A stretch of 32,000 nt of DNA, taken from the NCBI RefSeq assembly GCF_000940845.1, contig NZ_CP010341.1, forward strand, positions 2,160,001-2,192,000. Direction: 5' to 3'. Each line of letters starts with the position of its first letter. The first letter of the stretch is position 1. The position numbers and the translations under genes are program-made. The DNA comes from Propionibacterium freudenreichii subsp. freudenreichii. GTDB taxonomy: Bacteria > Actinomycetota > Actinomycetes > Propionibacteriales > Propionibacteriaceae. Shown here one piece after another: positions 1 through 10,645 of the stretch. The notes beneath the pieces were generated by a model, which was not told where the DNA came from, did no database searches, and saw only the letters and a list, made by a program, of their open reading frames with translations.

Positions 1-252
1 GGGAAGGTCGCCGACAAAACGCGTCGCGTCCTTGTCGGGCACCTCGACGCCGGCCTCGTCGAGCATCTCGCGAAGCTCCGGCGTGGTCACCAGCATGGTG
101 GCGCTGCTGAGCGCCCGCAGGCCGGCACGGGTCAACTGATCAGCCGACGAGAGCCCGCTACCGACAAAGACCACACGCCCATGGCACAACCTGCCTGCCA
201 CATCGTCCGGCCCCGCATTGTCGGGGGCTTCGACATCGACTCGCTGACTCAT
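1..252 (-). CDS. Partial CDS (first 84 codons, continues past the left edge); possibly a tetrapyrrole-methylase-fold SAM methyltransferase
   Basis: Minus-strand ATG at 252-250, open to position 1. Translation is MSQRVDVEAPDNAGPDDVAGRLCHGRVVFVGSGLSSADQLTRAGLRALSSATMLVTTPEL... The VFVGSG...QLT..A...L..A stretch resembles the N-terminal glycine-loop/LT motif of corrin/porphyrin methylases but is divergent. Absent from the ORF track because it is truncated. Confidence 0.3.
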   Translation of the reverse strand, partial: MSQRVDVEAPDNAGPDDVAGRLCHGRVVFVGSGLSSADQLTRAGLRALSSATMLVTTPELREMLDEAGVEVPDKDATRFVGDLP

Positions 253-369
253 TGACGGCTCGCCTTTACCGAATCAAGGGGGAAGCCGAACGTGACCAAT
301 GTGGATGGGGGTGTCAGAGCCAGTGGCTGGCATCCGCCGAATTCACCTTGGGCGTTCGGCCGGGTGCAC

Positions 370-471
370 TTACTTGCCTTGGCGGCGGCGCTGGATGCGC
401 GTCTTCTTCAGAAGCTTACGGTGCTTCTTCTTCGCCATCCTCTTGCGACGCTTCTTGATAACCGAACCCAC
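370..471 (-). CDS. 30S ribosomal protein bS22 (33 aa, actinobacteria-specific)
   Basis: Too short for the ORF track. Minus-strand GTG at 471-469 with GAAAGG 6 nt upstream, and stop TAA at 372-370. Translation is [33 protein letters not shown], which matches the very basic 33-aa bS22 family (M. tuberculosis Rv0500B type). It lies downstream of proC, as in mycobacteria. Confidence 0.85.
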   Translation of the reverse strand: MGSVIKKRRKRMAKKKHRKLLKKTRIQRRRQGK

Positions 472-740
472 AGTGGACCTTTCGTGTTTCGGACCTACGC
501 CCGATGAATCTCGACCTACCGAACCTGCGTCCGGTGGGCCTATGACCTGGAAAACCTTCGGCGCCCCGCTCAGCGCACGGCGACTCGGCTACAAGGAACC
601 AATAACACCAGCTGTTGCGTTGGCAATCCGCACCAGGGGCGCAGACCGGACTCCGACGAACAACGAAAGTCTACCCTGAGTGTCCAGACCGGGTGAAATC
701 TCCACGTGGCAGCCCCACGTCCACCCGCGGAGGAAAACGA

Positions 741-1601
741 CTATCGGGCGTCGGCCTGCTCGGCGGCGGCCGCCAATTCCGCGCTGCGTCGGGCGCACGC
801 CTCCACCGCATCCTGCACGGCGGAGCGCAGGCCGTGATCGTCGAGCTCGCGCAATGCCGCGGCGGTGGTGCCACCCGGCGAGGTGACCGCCTCGCGCAGC
901 TGCGTCACCGAATCGTTGCCCTCGTCGAGCAGCCGCGCCGAGCCCAGCAGCGTCTGGGTTGCCAGCTCGGTGGCCAGGCCACGCGGCAGGCCCTGGGTGA
1001 CGCCGGCCTCGATGAGTGCCTCCACGAAGGCGAAGACATAGGCCGGACCCGACCCGGAGATGGCGGTGAGCGGGTCCTGCAGCTGCTCGGGGATCGCCAC
1101 GGCCCTGCCCACGGCGGACATCAGCGTGATCGCCGCCTGCACGTCGTGCTCGGTGGCCGTACGGCCGCCGGAGACGCCTGCCATGCCCGCCCCGACGCTG
1201 GCCGGGGTGTTGGGCATGACGCGCACCACGTGGACGGCCGGCGGCAGGTGTGCCGACAACAGGTCGGTGCTCAGCCCGGCACACAGGCTGATCATCACAT
1301 TGTCGGGCCCCAGTTCGGGGCTGATCTCGTCGAGCAACGCCAACGCGTCGGCCGGCTTGACGCCGATCACGATCGTGGACGCCCACGCGGCGGCCTGACG
1401 GTTGTCGGCGAATGCCTGCACGCCCAGCTCAGCGGCCAGCTTCTCGCGATGGGCCGGGGTGTGGGTGGTGACGGCGATGCCCGCGGCGTCACGGCCGGCC
1501 CGCACCAGGCCGGCAACGATCGTGCCGCCCATGGTGCCGGCCCCGAGAAAGGCCAGCCGATGGACGCGGTCAACGCTCGCTGCCGGGGTGCGGAGGGCCA
1601 T
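741..1601 (-). CDS. proC: Pyrroline-5-carboxylate reductase
   Basis: 286-aa ORF. It has an N-terminal Rossmann motif LAFLGAGTMGG, a GSGPAYVFAFVEALIEAG segment and a C-terminal TSPGGTTAAAL signature typical of ProC. Only 3 nt separate it from asd, which is upstream on the same strand. Confidence 0.92.
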   Translation of the reverse strand: MALRTPAASVDRVHRLAFLGAGTMGGTIVAGLVRAGRDAAGIAVTTHTPAHREKLAAELGVQAFADNRQAAAWASTIVIGVKPADALALLDEISPELGPDNVMISLCAGLSTDLLSAHLPPAVHVVRVMPNTPASVGAGMAGVSGGRTATEHDVQAAITLMSAVGRAVAIPEQLQDPLTAISGSGPAYVFAFVEALIEAGVTQGLPRGLATELATQTLLGSARLLDEGNDSVTQLREAVTSPGGTTAAALRELDDHGLRSAVQDAVEACARRSAELAAAAEQADAR

Positions 1602-1604
1602 GGC

Positions 1605-3426
<1,822 letters not shown>

Positions 3427-3532
3427 CGCGTTCCCTCCTCCGATCGTCCCGCGCGAGCCCTGCATCGAGCGTGCCCACGCGTGTGCTGTCCCCCTCGATT
3501 GTGCTCCCGATGTGACATGGCAGGACGTCGCG

Positions 3533-3592
3533 GTCACCACAACCTGGCAGTCGCTACAACGCCGCAGTCACCACACCGCGGTCATTACAACC
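3533..3592. repeat. Four direct repeats GTCNNYACAMC at 17/17/14-bp spacing
   Basis: Copies are gtcaccacaacc (3533), gtcgctacaacg (3550), gtcaccacaccg (3567) and gtcattacaacc (3581). They lie between the CPBP stop and the TMEM175-like start, and the last copy overlaps the CPBP stop codon. Confidence 0.6.
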
Positions 3593-4463
3593 AGGTCCAC
3601 ACGTTCTTCAGCAGGGCATAGCCCACGAAGCTGAACACATCGAGCAGGGTGTGCGCCACGATGAGCGGCCACAGGCGCCTGGTGCGCTGCCAGTACCAGC
3701 CGAAGGCCAGGCCCATCACCACATTGCCGATGAAGCCGGCGAAGCCCTGGTAGAGGTGATAGCTGCCCCGGATCAGCGCCGAGGTGACGATCGCCGCCCA
3801 GGCGTTCCAGCCGGCCTGGCGCCACCGGGTGATCAGGTAGCCGATCATCACGATCTCTTCGAGCCCGGCATTGGCTGCCGCAGCCACCACGTAGAAGGCT
3901 ATGGCGGCCAGCGAGGCCCCCGATCCGGCGGTGTTGATGGTGGTATTGAGACCGAGCTGGCGACCAAGCAGATAGCAGCCGAGGCCGGGGATCCCGACCG
4001 CGGCGGTGGCGCCGACGCCTACCAGCACGTCGCGGCGCACCCGCAGGCCGTCCAGCCCGATCGCCCGCCACACCGACGGACCGGGCCGACGCACCGATGC
4101 CAGCAGGTAGATCGCCATGACCACCGGCACGATGAGGAAGAAGTCGTCGGCCAGCTTGTAGGCCACGTCGAGCCACGGCCGATCGGGGGTGACGGCGCCG
4201 TTGATGGTGGTGGTCTGCTCGTTGAGCTTCGAGCCCACGGTGAGGCTGTTCACAAGGGACAACACCGAGTAGACGGCCGACTTACCCAGGCACAGCGACA
4301 GCAGGCCACAGGTCTCCAGACCGAGCCGGGCACGCCGGCGGGCCGGACGGGCGCCGTTGCCCGACGAGGGCACGGGGGCCGGCAGCGCCCCATCAGCCAA
4401 CAGCGCTCCGGCAGCCGACACCCCCACGCCGATGGGCGGGGATGGCGGTGGTGGGGCCGCCAT
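3585..4463 (-). CDS. CPBP-family (CAAX-type) intramembrane glutamic metalloprotease
   Basis: Polytopic membrane protein with the three CPBP motifs: GLEEIVMIGYL (EExxxR-like), ALIRGSYHLYQG (FxxxH-like) and IVAHTLLDV (HxxxD/N). Start taken at ATG 4463 (MAAPPPPSPP...), directly after the upstream stop (TGAGATG junction). The track ORF start at 4550 would overlap the upstream gene. Confidence 0.8.
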   Translation of the reverse strand: MAAPPPPSPPIGVGVSAAGALLADGALPAPVPSSGNGARPARRRARLGLETCGLLSLCLGKSAVYSVLSLVNSLTVGSKLNEQTTTINGAVTPDRPWLDVAYKLADDFFLIVPVVMAIYLLASVRRPGPSVWRAIGLDGLRVRRDVLVGVGATAAVGIPGLGCYLLGRQLGLNTTINTAGSGASLAAIAFYVVAAAANAGLEEIVMIGYLITRWRQAGWNAWAAIVTSALIRGSYHLYQGFAGFIGNVVMGLAFGWYWQRTRRLWPLIVAHTLLDVFSFVGYALLKNVWTWL

Positions 4464-4464
4464 C

Positions 4465-5334
4465 TCAGGACGTCGGGGAGGCGCCGGGACGGGCCGCGTC
4501 GAGCTGGCCCAGGTGCAGGCGGGTGTTGTCGGCCACCTCGCGCAGCTCACGCACCCGTTCGGCGTGGTTGTCGGCCTTGCGGGTGTTCACCTCGAGCACG
4601 ATGCGGCCGTCGAAGGGGCTGTCATTGAGGTATTGCAGCAGGCCCCACACGTTCTGGGTGCCCTCGCCGGGGAACAGGTGCTCGTCGCGGCGCAGGCCGA
4701 CGCCGTCGGTCAGGTGCACGTGGCGCAGCCGCGGACCCCACGTCCTGGCGAGCTCAAGGGCGTCCAACTGCGAGGTGGCCGCATGCGAGACGTCCAGGGT
4801 GAGCGCGTCATAGTCGAGGTCGGTGGGATCCCAGCTGGGCAGATAGGCCTGGAAGGCACGCCCGGGGGTGCGCCATGGGTACATGTTCTCCACCGCGATG
4901 GTGACTCCGGTGTGCTCCGAGATGTCGCGCACCCCGGCCACGAACCCGGCGGCGTATTCACGCTGCCAGCGCAGCGGCGGGTGCAGCACCACCACATCGG
5001 AGCCGAGCGCCAGGGCGGCCTCGCAGGAGTGGCGCACCTTGTCCCACGGATCGGGGCCCCACACGTTCTGGGTGAGCAACAGGCAGGGTGCGTGCACCGA
5101 CACCACGGGCATGCCCGATTGGGCGGCCAGACGCGCCAGGTACGGCACATCGGCACTGGCCGCGTCGAGGCCCACCATCACCTCGACGCCGTCGTACCCG
5201 GCTTCCGCGGCAATGTCGAATGCCTCCGCGGTGTGCTCGGGGTAACAGCTCGAGGTGGACAGGGAAACGGACAGACGCTTGCTTCCGGACGCGTCGGGAA
5301 GGGGCTTACTGACCACACCTCCACGGTAGAACAC
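4465..5334 (-). CDS. Sugar phosphate isomerase/epimerase (xylose-isomerase-like TIM barrel)
   Basis: Motifs LSVSLSTSS, AGYDGVEVM, VVVLHPP, IAVENMY, LDVSHA and HVHLTDG fit the AP-endonuclease-2/xylose-isomerase-like TIM barrel family. The start is uncertain: I use GTG 5334, which gives 289 aa, while the longest ORF starts at 5451. Confidence 0.8.
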   Translation of the reverse strand: MFYRGGVVSKPLPDASGSKRLSVSLSTSSCYPEHTAEAFDIAAEAGYDGVEVMVGLDAASADVPYLARLAAQSGMPVVSVHAPCLLLTQNVWGPDPWDKVRHSCEAALALGSDVVVLHPPLRWQREYAAGFVAGVRDISEHTGVTIAVENMYPWRTPGRAFQAYLPSWDPTDLDYDALTLDVSHAATSQLDALELARTWGPRLRHVHLTDGVGLRRDEHLFPGEGTQNVWGLLQYLNDSPFDGRIVLEVNTRKADNHAERVRELREVADNTRLHLGQLDAARPGASPTS

Positions 5335-5552
5335 CGATCCAACCCGGTGTGCGGCGACGTTCGGATCGCAAGTGGACCCCGTCGCCGGGGAGCACTGCGA
5401 CGTCCCCGCCCCGGCCGCTCGTCGGCACCCATGTCGGGACCCCTGGGGCACCGCGCAACGATGCCGGGCGCAGGTCCGGGCGACACAGCCGATGACGCGG
5501 CGGGAGGGTACCCGGTTTCGCGATCGGGCGCCGGGCTTGACACAATGAGGCC

Positions 5553-6191
5553 ATGCATGTCGACCATCTGACGTTCGCCGCCGGTCCCGAAGGTCTTGAG
5601 GTCGCCGCCAAACACCTGGGCGAGCTCCTGGGCGAAGAGTTCAAGGACGGCGGATTTCATCCTCGGTTCGGTACGCGCAACAACATCCTGCCCCTGCTCA
5701 AGGACCGCTACCTCGAGGTGGCCGAGGTGCTTGACCACCCCGTCGCCGAGAAGGCCGTCTACGGCCAGGCCGTTCGGGCCCGCTCCGAACAGGGTGGTGG
5801 CTGGCTCGGCTGGGTGATCTCAGTGGACGACCTGGCACCCTTCGAGGAACGCCTCGACCGCGGCGCCGTGCCCGGTTCGCGCCATTTCCCCGACGGCCGG
5901 GAGCTCAAGTGGGAGCAGATCGGCGCCAAAGGCCTGATGAGCGACCCCCAGCTGCCCTATTTCGTGAAGTGGGAGAGCCCGGCAGACGTGCTGCCGTCAG
6001 CGCTGCCCGGCGACATCGCCCTGGCCTCGTTGGAGATCGCCGGCTCGCGCCAGCGCATCGAGGACTGGATGGGCGAGGCCCTGCCCGATGTGTTCGACGG
6101 CGTGAACATCGAGTTCACCTCGCCGAACGCGCATCCGGGCATCAACGCCGCGATCTTCTCCACCCCCGAAAGGGGACTCGTGCGTATCTGA
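5553..6191 (+). CDS. VOC-family (glyoxalase-like domain) protein
   Basis: 212-aa ORF starting MHVDHLTFAA, with HPRFGTRNNILPL...YLEV, a pattern typical of glyoxalase-like (VOC) domain proteins. It is divergent from the isomerase gene. Confidence 0.65.
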   Translation: MHVDHLTFAAGPEGLEVAAKHLGELLGEEFKDGGFHPRFGTRNNILPLLKDRYLEVAEVLDHPVAEKAVYGQAVRARSEQGGGWLGWVISVDDLAPFEERLDRGAVPGSRHFPDGRELKWEQIGAKGLMSDPQLPYFVKWESPADVLPSALPGDIALASLEIAGSRQRIEDWMGEALPDVFDGVNIEFTSPNAHPGINAAIFSTPERGLVRI

Positions 6192-6306
6192 CGCACCCAT
6201 GAACGAGCCATTCCCTGGGTCAGTGTCGCCCCTCGGGATGGTTCCCTATCCTCCGCATCCGGGCCGGTGCGGCAGAAGTGTCACTGGTGCCGTCTAGCGT
6301 TGACGC

Positions 6307-7701
6307 GTGGCCAAGAAACAGCAGGACTCCTATCAGTGCACCGAATGCGGTTGGACCGGCGTGCGCTGGGTCGGGCGCTGCCCGCAGTGCCAGGCCTGGG
6401 GCTCGGTGGTGGAACGTGGCGCCTCGGTGTCGACCAGCACGGCCGTGCGGACGTCGGCACCCACCACGCACGCCCTGCCGATCGCCCAGGTGTCGGCGCA
6501 GGCCTCCGATCGCCATCTCACCGGGATCGGTGAGCTCGACCGCGTGCTCGGTGGCGGCCTGGTGCCCGGCGTCGTCGTGTTGTTGGCGGGCGAGCCGGGC
6601 GTCGGCAAGTCGACCCTGCTGCTCGAGGTGGCGGCGCAATGGGCGCGAGCCGGGCACCGCACGCTGTATGTCACCGGTGAGGAATCGGCCTCGCAGGTGA
6701 GGTTGCGGGCCACCCGCACCGACGCGCTGGCCGACGAGCTCTACTTGGCCGCCGAGAACGACCTGGGCACCGTGCTGGGTCACGTCGAGGAGGTGGAGCC
6801 GAGCCTGATGGTGCTCGACTCGATCCAGACCGTCAGCGCCGGCAGCGGCGATGGCGTCAGTGGGGGCGTCGCACAGGTGCGCGAGGTGACCACGGCCCTG
6901 GTGCGGGTGGCCAAGGCCCGCGGGATGGCCGTGATCATCGTGGGACATGTGACCAAGGACGGCGGCATCGCCGGCCCGCGCACCCTGGAGCACCTGGTTG
7001 ACGTGGTGCTCAACTTCGAGGGCGACCGGCACTCCGGCTTCCGCATGGTGCGTGCCACGAAGAACCGCTACGGCCCGGCTGACGAGGTGGGGTGCTTCGA
7101 GATGGGTGAGGGCGGCATCGTCGAGGTGCCCGATCCGTCCGGGCTGTTCACCACCCGCCACGACGAGCCGGTGCCCGGCACCTGCGTGACCGTCACCATG
7201 GAGGGTCGCCGTCCGCTGCTGGCCGAGGTGCAGGGCCTGGTGGCCCCGGTGCCCAATGAGACGCCGGCACGGCGCGTCACCAACGGCGTCGACTTCTCGC
7301 GCGTGGCGATGATCCTGGCCGTACTGCAACGCAAGGCACGCCTGCCGATGAGCCGCCGCGATGTCTATGTGAGCACGGTCGGGGGCGCCCGCATCACCGA
7401 CCCGAGTGCCGACCTGGCCGTGGCGGTCGCGGTCGCCTCGGCCTCACTCAACCGGAACTTCCCCCGGCGGGTGCTGGCGATGGGCGAGGTGGGGCTCGCC
7501 GGCGACCTGCGCCGCGTGCCCGCGCTGGAACGCCGCGTCGCCGAGGCCGACCGGCTGGGCTTCGAGCTGGCCATCGTGCCCACCAACTCCCGCGACAACA
7601 GCCGCGGAGCGCCCACGCTGCACAACCTGAAGGTAGTGGAGGTGCCCAGCGTGGCCGACGCGCTGGGCGTGCTCGACCTGCGCCGCGCAGAGCGGCGCTG
7701 A
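6307..7701 (+). CDS. radA: DNA repair protein RadA (Sms)
   Basis: 464 aa. Features are an N-terminal zinc ribbon (CTECGW...CPQCQAWGS), Walker A GEPGVGKSTLLL, the RadA-specific KNRYG motif and a C-terminal Lon-protease-like domain. GTG start at 6307. Confidence 0.95.
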   Translation: MAKKQQDSYQCTECGWTGVRWVGRCPQCQAWGSVVERGASVSTSTAVRTSAPTTHALPIAQVSAQASDRHLTGIGELDRVLGGGLVPGVVVLLAGEPGVGKSTLLLEVAAQWARAGHRTLYVTGEESASQVRLRATRTDALADELYLAAENDLGTVLGHVEEVEPSLMVLDSIQTVSAGSGDGVSGGVAQVREVTTALVRVAKARGMAVIIVGHVTKDGGIAGPRTLEHLVDVVLNFEGDRHSGFRMVRATKNRYGPADEVGCFEMGEGGIVEVPDPSGLFTTRHDEPVPGTCVTVTMEGRRPLLAEVQGLVAPVPNETPARRVTNGVDFSRVAMILAVLQRKARLPMSRRDVYVSTVGGARITDPSADLAVAVAVASASLNRNFPRRVLAMGEVGLAGDLRRVPALERRVAEADRLGFELAIVPTNSRDNSRGAPTLHNLKVVEVPSVADALGVLDLRRAERR

Positions 7702-7738
7702 CCAGTGCCAGCTCGCGCGGGGACCGTAGGATACGGGT

Positions 7739-8809
7739 GTGGCTTCAATAGGTGACGCCAAGGGGCGTGTGGCCGAGCAGTTCCGGCAGTACCGGTCGCT
7801 GCTCGCTCCCGGCACGCCCTTGCGCGAGGGCCTGGAACGCATCGTCAACGGCCGCACCGGTGCCCTGGTGGTGCTGGGTGACAATGCGATCGTGCAGCAG
7901 ATCAGCACCGGCGGCTTCGTGATCAACACCGACTTCACGCCCACCGCGCTGCGCGAATTGTCGAAGATGGACGGCGGCATCGTGCTCTCGTCCGGCCTCG
8001 ACCGCATCCTGCGCGCGGGCGTGCACTTCGTGCCCAGCGGCTCCATCGAGACGATCGAAACGGGCACCCGCCACCGCACCGCCGACCGCATCGCCCAGCA
8101 GGCACATGTTCCCGTGGCCACCGTCTCGGCGTCGATGTCGACGATCGCGCTGTTCCTCGAGGGCATGCGCTTCCCCATCGAGCCGAGCCACCAGATCATG
8201 GGCCGTGCCGATCAGGCACTGGCCACCCTGTCGCGCTACCGCGACAGGCTCACCGACGACACCCGCTACCTCACCGGCCTGGAGATCGCCGACCTGGTGA
8301 CGCTGCGCGACCTGGTGCGGGTGTGCCAGCGCGTCGAGATGGCCCGTCGACTGGCCAAGGAGCTCGAGGGCTATGTCGAGTCATTGGGCATCGACGGGCG
8401 GCTGCTGCAGCTGCAGTTGTTCGAGTTGACCGCCGGCGTCGACGAGACAGCCACCCTGTTGGAGAACGACTACAGCATCGAGGAACGTCCCGGAAAGCCC
8501 TCCCTGGAGGAGCTCGAGGAGTTGCCGACCGGCGACCTGCTCGATCCGGAGTCGGTGTCATCGGCGATCGGCTTCGGCGCGATGCCGCTGGACACCCACC
8601 TGAGGCCCAAGGGATTCCGCTTGGTGCACCAGGCGGCGCAACTCGACACAGTGCTGACCCGCCGCATGCTCGACCAGGTGGATTCGATCCAGGAGCTGTT
8701 CGACCTGTCGGTGGAGGACCTGATGCGCGTGGATGGCATGGACGCCAAGCACGCCCGTGCCCTGCGCGATGGCCTGGCGCGGTTGGCTGAGCTGGGCACC
8801 CAGTCGTGA
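7739..8809 (+). CDS. disA: DNA integrity scanning protein DisA (diadenylate cyclase)
   Basis: 356 aa. The DAC domain shows LAPGTPLREGLERIV, GALVVLG, DGGIVLS and GTRHRTADR. A C-terminal HhH-like region is present. It sits immediately downstream of radA, the canonical pairing. Confidence 0.95.
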   Translation: MASIGDAKGRVAEQFRQYRSLLAPGTPLREGLERIVNGRTGALVVLGDNAIVQQISTGGFVINTDFTPTALRELSKMDGGIVLSSGLDRILRAGVHFVPSGSIETIETGTRHRTADRIAQQAHVPVATVSASMSTIALFLEGMRFPIEPSHQIMGRADQALATLSRYRDRLTDDTRYLTGLEIADLVTLRDLVRVCQRVEMARRLAKELEGYVESLGIDGRLLQLQLFELTAGVDETATLLENDYSIEERPGKPSLEELEELPTGDLLDPESVSSAIGFGAMPLDTHLRPKGFRLVHQAAQLDTVLTRRMLDQVDSIQELFDLSVEDLMRVDGMDAKHARALRDGLARLAELGTQS

Positions 8810-8862
8810 TGTGGCAGTCCTGACGTGGTGGGCCTGATCGCCCGACGAACACCGGGGGCGGG

Positions 8863-9753
8863 GTGCCGCACGTGATGGAACCCGGGCAACGCCGCGCGGT
8901 GGTCCGCACCGTCAACCAGTGGTACGCCCATGCTGCCCGCGACCTTCCGTGGCGGCGTGTGGGAACCAGCCCCTGGGCGATCATGGTCAGTGAGTTCATG
9001 GCCCAGCAGACACCGGTGGCCCGCGTGGTCGGACCCTGGCGCGAGTGGCTGGACCGTTGGCCCACACCCGATGCGCTGGCCGCCGAGCCGAGCTCCGCGG
9101 CCGTCGCTGCCTGGGGCAGGCTCGGTTATCCGCGCAGGGCGCTGCGCCTGCATGCCGCCGCCACCGCCATCCGCGACCACTTCGGCGGCGAGGTGCCCCA
9201 CAGCGTCGAGGAACTGCGTCAGTTGCCCGGCGTCGGCGACTACACCGCCGGCGCCATTGCCAGCTTCGCCTTCGGGGCCCGTGCCCTGGTGCTCGACACG
9301 AATGTGCGCCGCGTGCTCACCCGCCTTGACGCCGCCCGGCAGTTCCCCGCGAACTCCACCACCGCCGCCGAACGCCGCCTGGCGATGGACTGGCTGCCCG
9401 ACGACGCACCCACCGCGTCCCGTTGGGCGCAGGCCTCGATGGAACTGGGCGCGCTGGTGTGCACCGCCGCCAACCCGGCCTGCGATGACTGCCCCGTGCG
9501 CGCCGACTGCGCGTGGCTGGCGGCCGGGCGTCCGGCCCACGACGGCCCACCGCGACGCACCCAGGCCTATGCCGGCACCGACCGGCAGGCCCGCGGCACC
9601 CTGCTGGGTGCCCTGCGCACCACGCCGCAGGGCTTCGAGGTGAGCGTGCTGTTGCAGCACTGGCCCGCTGACCCCGCGCAGGCGAGCCGTGCGTTGGACG
9701 GATTGTTGTCCGACGGGCTGGCACACCGCGAGGGCACCCGCGTGACGCTGTGA
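8863..9753 (+). CDS. mutY: A/G-specific adenine DNA glycosylase
   Basis: 296 aa. Motifs are DLPWRR, PWAIMVSEFMAQQT, the HhH motif LPGVGDYTAGAIASFAFG, and a 4Fe-4S cluster loop with C-x6-C-x2-C-x5-C spacing (CTAANPACDDCPVRADC). Start could be 8863, 8872 or 8875. Confidence 0.9.
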   Translation: MPHVMEPGQRRAVVRTVNQWYAHAARDLPWRRVGTSPWAIMVSEFMAQQTPVARVVGPWREWLDRWPTPDALAAEPSSAAVAAWGRLGYPRRALRLHAAATAIRDHFGGEVPHSVEELRQLPGVGDYTAGAIASFAFGARALVLDTNVRRVLTRLDAARQFPANSTTAAERRLAMDWLPDDAPTASRWAQASMELGALVCTAANPACDDCPVRADCAWLAAGRPAHDGPPRRTQAYAGTDRQARGTLLGALRTTPQGFEVSVLLQHWPADPAQASRALDGLLSDGLAHREGTRVTL

Positions 9754-9842
9754 GCCGCCGTCCCGGAGCATCCCACGCCGTGGTGGGCCGTCCACCACGA
9801 GCACCCGGGGGCCGTCGTTATCGCACTTCCCTATACTGATGG

Positions 9843-9935
9843 CCGAACACGGGAGTCCGGCAGCGGGCTGAGAGGAAGGCGCGAGTCTTCGACCGTCACA
9901 CCTGATCCGGATCATGCCGGCGCAGGAAGGCCTCT
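9843..9935 (+). promoter_or_regulatory. TPP (thiamine pyrophosphate, THI-box) riboswitch
   Basis: The sequence CGGGAGTCCGGCAGCGGGCTGAGAGGAAGGCGCGAGTCTTCGACCGTCACACCTGATCCGGATCATGCCGGCGCAGGAAGG carries the conserved CUGAGA, ACC and CCUGAUCCGGAUCAUGCCGGCGCAGG(G/A)A blocks of the THI element. A TATACT -10-like hexamer lies at 9832-9837. Hairpins at 9936-9952 and 9955-9978 follow, and the second overlaps the AAGGG Shine-Dalgarno of the next gene. Confidence 0.85.
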
Positions 9936-9984
9936 TGCGGGTTCCACCCGCACCGTGCCCCAACCCACGAAAGGGCACATTTTC

Positions 9985-10620
9985 ATGTCACCAAGCAAGA
10001 CCACCCCAGCGACGAGCGACCAGACGCGTCCGCTCGAGGTGGGCACCCGCCACTGGCGTGTCGTCGACATCGTCGTGGCCGCCGTCCTCGGCGTCGCGTG
10101 CGGACTGATCTTCTGGATCTGGAACTCCATCGGCTACGCCTGGTATTCGGCCATGGGAGCACTGCTACCCGGCCTGGGTGGCATCGCAGCCGGCATCTGG
10201 TACCTCGGCGGCACCCTGGGTGCCCAGGTGATCCGCAAGCCCGGCGCGGCCATCTTCGTCGAGCTCGTGGCAGCCATCGTGTCGGCCCTGATCGGCAACG
10301 CATGGGGCATCGAGACACTCACATCGGGCCTGTTCCAGGGCATCGGTGCCGAGATCATCTTCCTGATCTTCCGCTACCGCGCCTGGTCGCTGCCCGTCAC
10401 CCTGCTGGCCGGCGCCTTCGCCGGCTTCGGCGCCTGGGCCAATGAGCTGTTCATCGGTTCCACCCCCAATATCGCCAAGAGCTTCGGCTACAACGCCGTC
10501 TACCTGGTCAGCAACCTGGTATCCGGCGCCGTCCTGGCCGGCCTGCTCGCATGGCTGCTCACCAAGGCGCTCGCCAGGACCGGCGTGCTGTCACGGTTCG
10601 CCTCGGGCCGCGAAGCCTGA
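9985..10620 (+). CDS. ECF transporter S (substrate-capture) component, YkoE-like (HMP/thiamine-precursor)
   Basis: About 211 aa with 5-6 predicted transmembrane helices (VVDIVVAAVLGVACGLIFWIWN...). It is the first gene after the TPP riboswitch and is followed by a duplicated ATPase and a T component, the YkoE-YkoD-YkoC arrangement. Start taken at ATG 9985 with AAGGG upstream; the track ORF starts at 9955. Confidence 0.8.
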   Translation: MSPSKTTPATSDQTRPLEVGTRHWRVVDIVVAAVLGVACGLIFWIWNSIGYAWYSAMGALLPGLGGIAAGIWYLGGTLGAQVIRKPGAAIFVELVAAIVSALIGNAWGIETLTSGLFQGIGAEIIFLIFRYRAWSLPVTLLAGAFAGFGAWANELFIGSTPNIAKSFGYNAVYLVSNLVSGAVLAGLLAWLLTKALARTGVLSRFASGREA

Positions 10621-10645
10621 GCGCGCCCTGAACGCCACCAGCATC

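Noticed and set aside
472-740. Search for an Rv0500A-like excisionase-type HTH gene between proC and bS22
   Set aside because: I translated all three minus-strand frames. No frame has a start codon followed by an HTH-like sequence. Faint resemblances (for example ..[11 protein letters not shown]..) are not supportable.
6220-7329. 369-aa minus-strand ORF antisense to radA (similarly 8470-9978 antisense to disA/mutY, 22065-23876 and 30443-31921)
   Set aside because: These overlap confidently assigned genes and lack any recognisable motif.
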